From positions 63,488,001-63,552,000 of the forward strand of contig NC_043001.1 of the NCBI RefSeq assembly GCF_006345805.1: a stretch of DNA of 64,000 nt, given 5' to 3'. The notes under the pieces are model-generated. The model was given only the letters and a program-made list of their open reading frames with translations, had not been told where the DNA came from and made no database searches. Origin of the DNA: Octopus sinensis (lineage: Eukaryota). Position numbers and translations under genes: made by a program. Below, one piece after another: positions 62,497-64,000 of the stretch. Positions within the stretch are counted from its first letter, which is position 1. The number at the start of each line of letters is the position of its first letter.

Positions 62497-62620
62497 GCCG
62501 AGGTCGACTTTGCCTTTCATCCTTTAGGGATCGATAAAATAAGTACCATTTAAGTATTGGGTCGATGTAATCGACTTGACCCTCCCCAAAATTGCTGGCC
62601 CTGTGCCAAAATTTGAATGT
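62497..62620 (+). mobile_element. SINE 3' fragment with (ATT)n tail
   Basis: CCGAGGTCGACTTTGCCTTTCATCC...GTGCCAAAATTTGAA is the reverse complement of part of 47590-47715. Confidence 0.65.
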
Positions 62621-64000
62621 ATTATTATTATTATGATTGTTGTTGTTGATGTTGTTGTTATTATCATTATTATTATTGGTTTTATTATTATTATCAATAA
62701 TATTAAAACGTTTAATTTTTTTGTTGTTTTTGTATGTATCTCTGGTGTGTGCCAGAGGAAGAGGTAAAAAGGTTGAAGGTACAAAGAGAGAGAAAGAGAG
62801 GAGGGAAAAAACGGAGTGAGAGAGAAAGAGAAAAGGGAGAGAGAGAGAGAGAGAGAGGGAGTGGTGACTGATAGGAAGAGAGGGAAAATGTTAATCAGTA
62901 TTTTCAGAATAGACTGATACATACATCGAAAGAAAAGTAGATACATAGATCGAAAGAAAAGTAGATACATAAATCGAAAAACAAGTAGACACATAGATCG
63001 AGAAAAAAGAAGATACATAGGCACATTGGTAAATCAAAGACAAATAACTACAGAAAATATTGGATGTCACTTTCACTTTTCATTACCACACCAGGATAAA
63101 ATTAACGTGCAAGTGGCTGAGTACTCCACAGACATGCATTAACGTAGTTCTCAGAGAGATTCAATCTCACACAAAATCTGACAAGGCTGGACTCTTTGAA
63201 TTACAGCTACAACTCGTTTTGGACAGCTGAGTGGACTGGAGCAAGATAAAGCTTCATTTGGTTGGAAGAAAACGAAAAAGATCCAATAAAGGGGCAGGAA
63301 AATCTCTTTCGTCGTTAGGGTCTCTATGGGTGTTAATACAGTCCTAACAGCGGCCTATCTATTTATCTATCAATCTGTCTGTCTGTCTGTCTGACTAACT
63401 GTTTGTCTGCCTGTATATTTATCTATCTATTTGTCCATCTATCTATCTGTCCATCTGTCTGTCTGTCTGGCAGTTATTCTGTCCATCTGCCTCTCTCTTT
63501 CACACACACTCTCTCCCTCTGTTTCTCTCTCTCTCTCTCTCTCTCACCAAATATCTGTGGATGCTACTGTTACTTTTCCATACTTGAATGACGAGGTAGA
63601 AATAAAAATAAAAATAAAAGGTGTTAAGCAGAGGAGGTATACTTGAAGTGAGCGGTAAAGCGAGAAAGCGAGAGAGGAAGGACAGAAAGGGAATGAGACA
63701 GAAAGTGAGTGAGTGGTAACTGAAACGAAGGTGATGTTTGTTTTGTGTTTTTAAATGTTTATTAATATTTTCAGAGTAAACAGATACATTTCCACTGCAA
63801 ATATTGGATGTTACTTTTATTCTCCTACAATTACCGTATTCTGGGTCATCAACCAGTATTGGATATTACTATAAGTGTTACAATATAGAAACATTTCACA
63901 TAGCACCAGCACACAGTTTACAGATGATTACATTTTAAATACTTTCCGTGAAGTTTTCACGGGTTCAGCTAGTTATCATTATTGTTAATATTATTATTAA

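Overview
Eukaryotic, AT-rich, microsatellite-dense DNA made up mostly of transposable-element debris. The SINE and repeat types suggest a cephalopod (octopus-like) genome; this is an inference, as no search was run. Positions 1-43 kb are a pile-up of non-LTR retrotransposons around (AAT)n tracts. L1/Tx1-clade (APE) elements lie head-to-tail on the minus strand. R4/Dong-like (RLE) elements lie on the plus strand, including one near-intact 3.8 kb copy. There is also an RTE element with a long target-site duplication, a Ty3/Gypsy fragment, a HERO/NeSL-like RLE element, tRNA-derived SINEs and several fold-back MITEs. Three phase-compatible plus-strand exons (46997-47071, 53941-54073, 56561-56739) appear to encode part of an Ig V-type domain protein. 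The most notable signal is RNA structure. A hammerhead-like motif whose three strands are in a non-circularly permuted order recurs six times in four repeat families (five intact or near-intact, one with the core deleted). It shows compensatory base changes and occurs in ~775 bp non-coding units next to (TA)n and in the 3' UTR of the HERO-like element. A separate 363 bp tandem repeat carries a conventional type I hammerhead. Three Tx1-like 5' ends carry a DPE-like GGACGTG exactly +28 from an A within the adjoining (ATT)n tract. No CRISPR array, rRNA gene or true tRNA gene was seen. Element boundaries were read by eye and are approximate. Many frameshifts fall in homopolymers and may be assembly errors.
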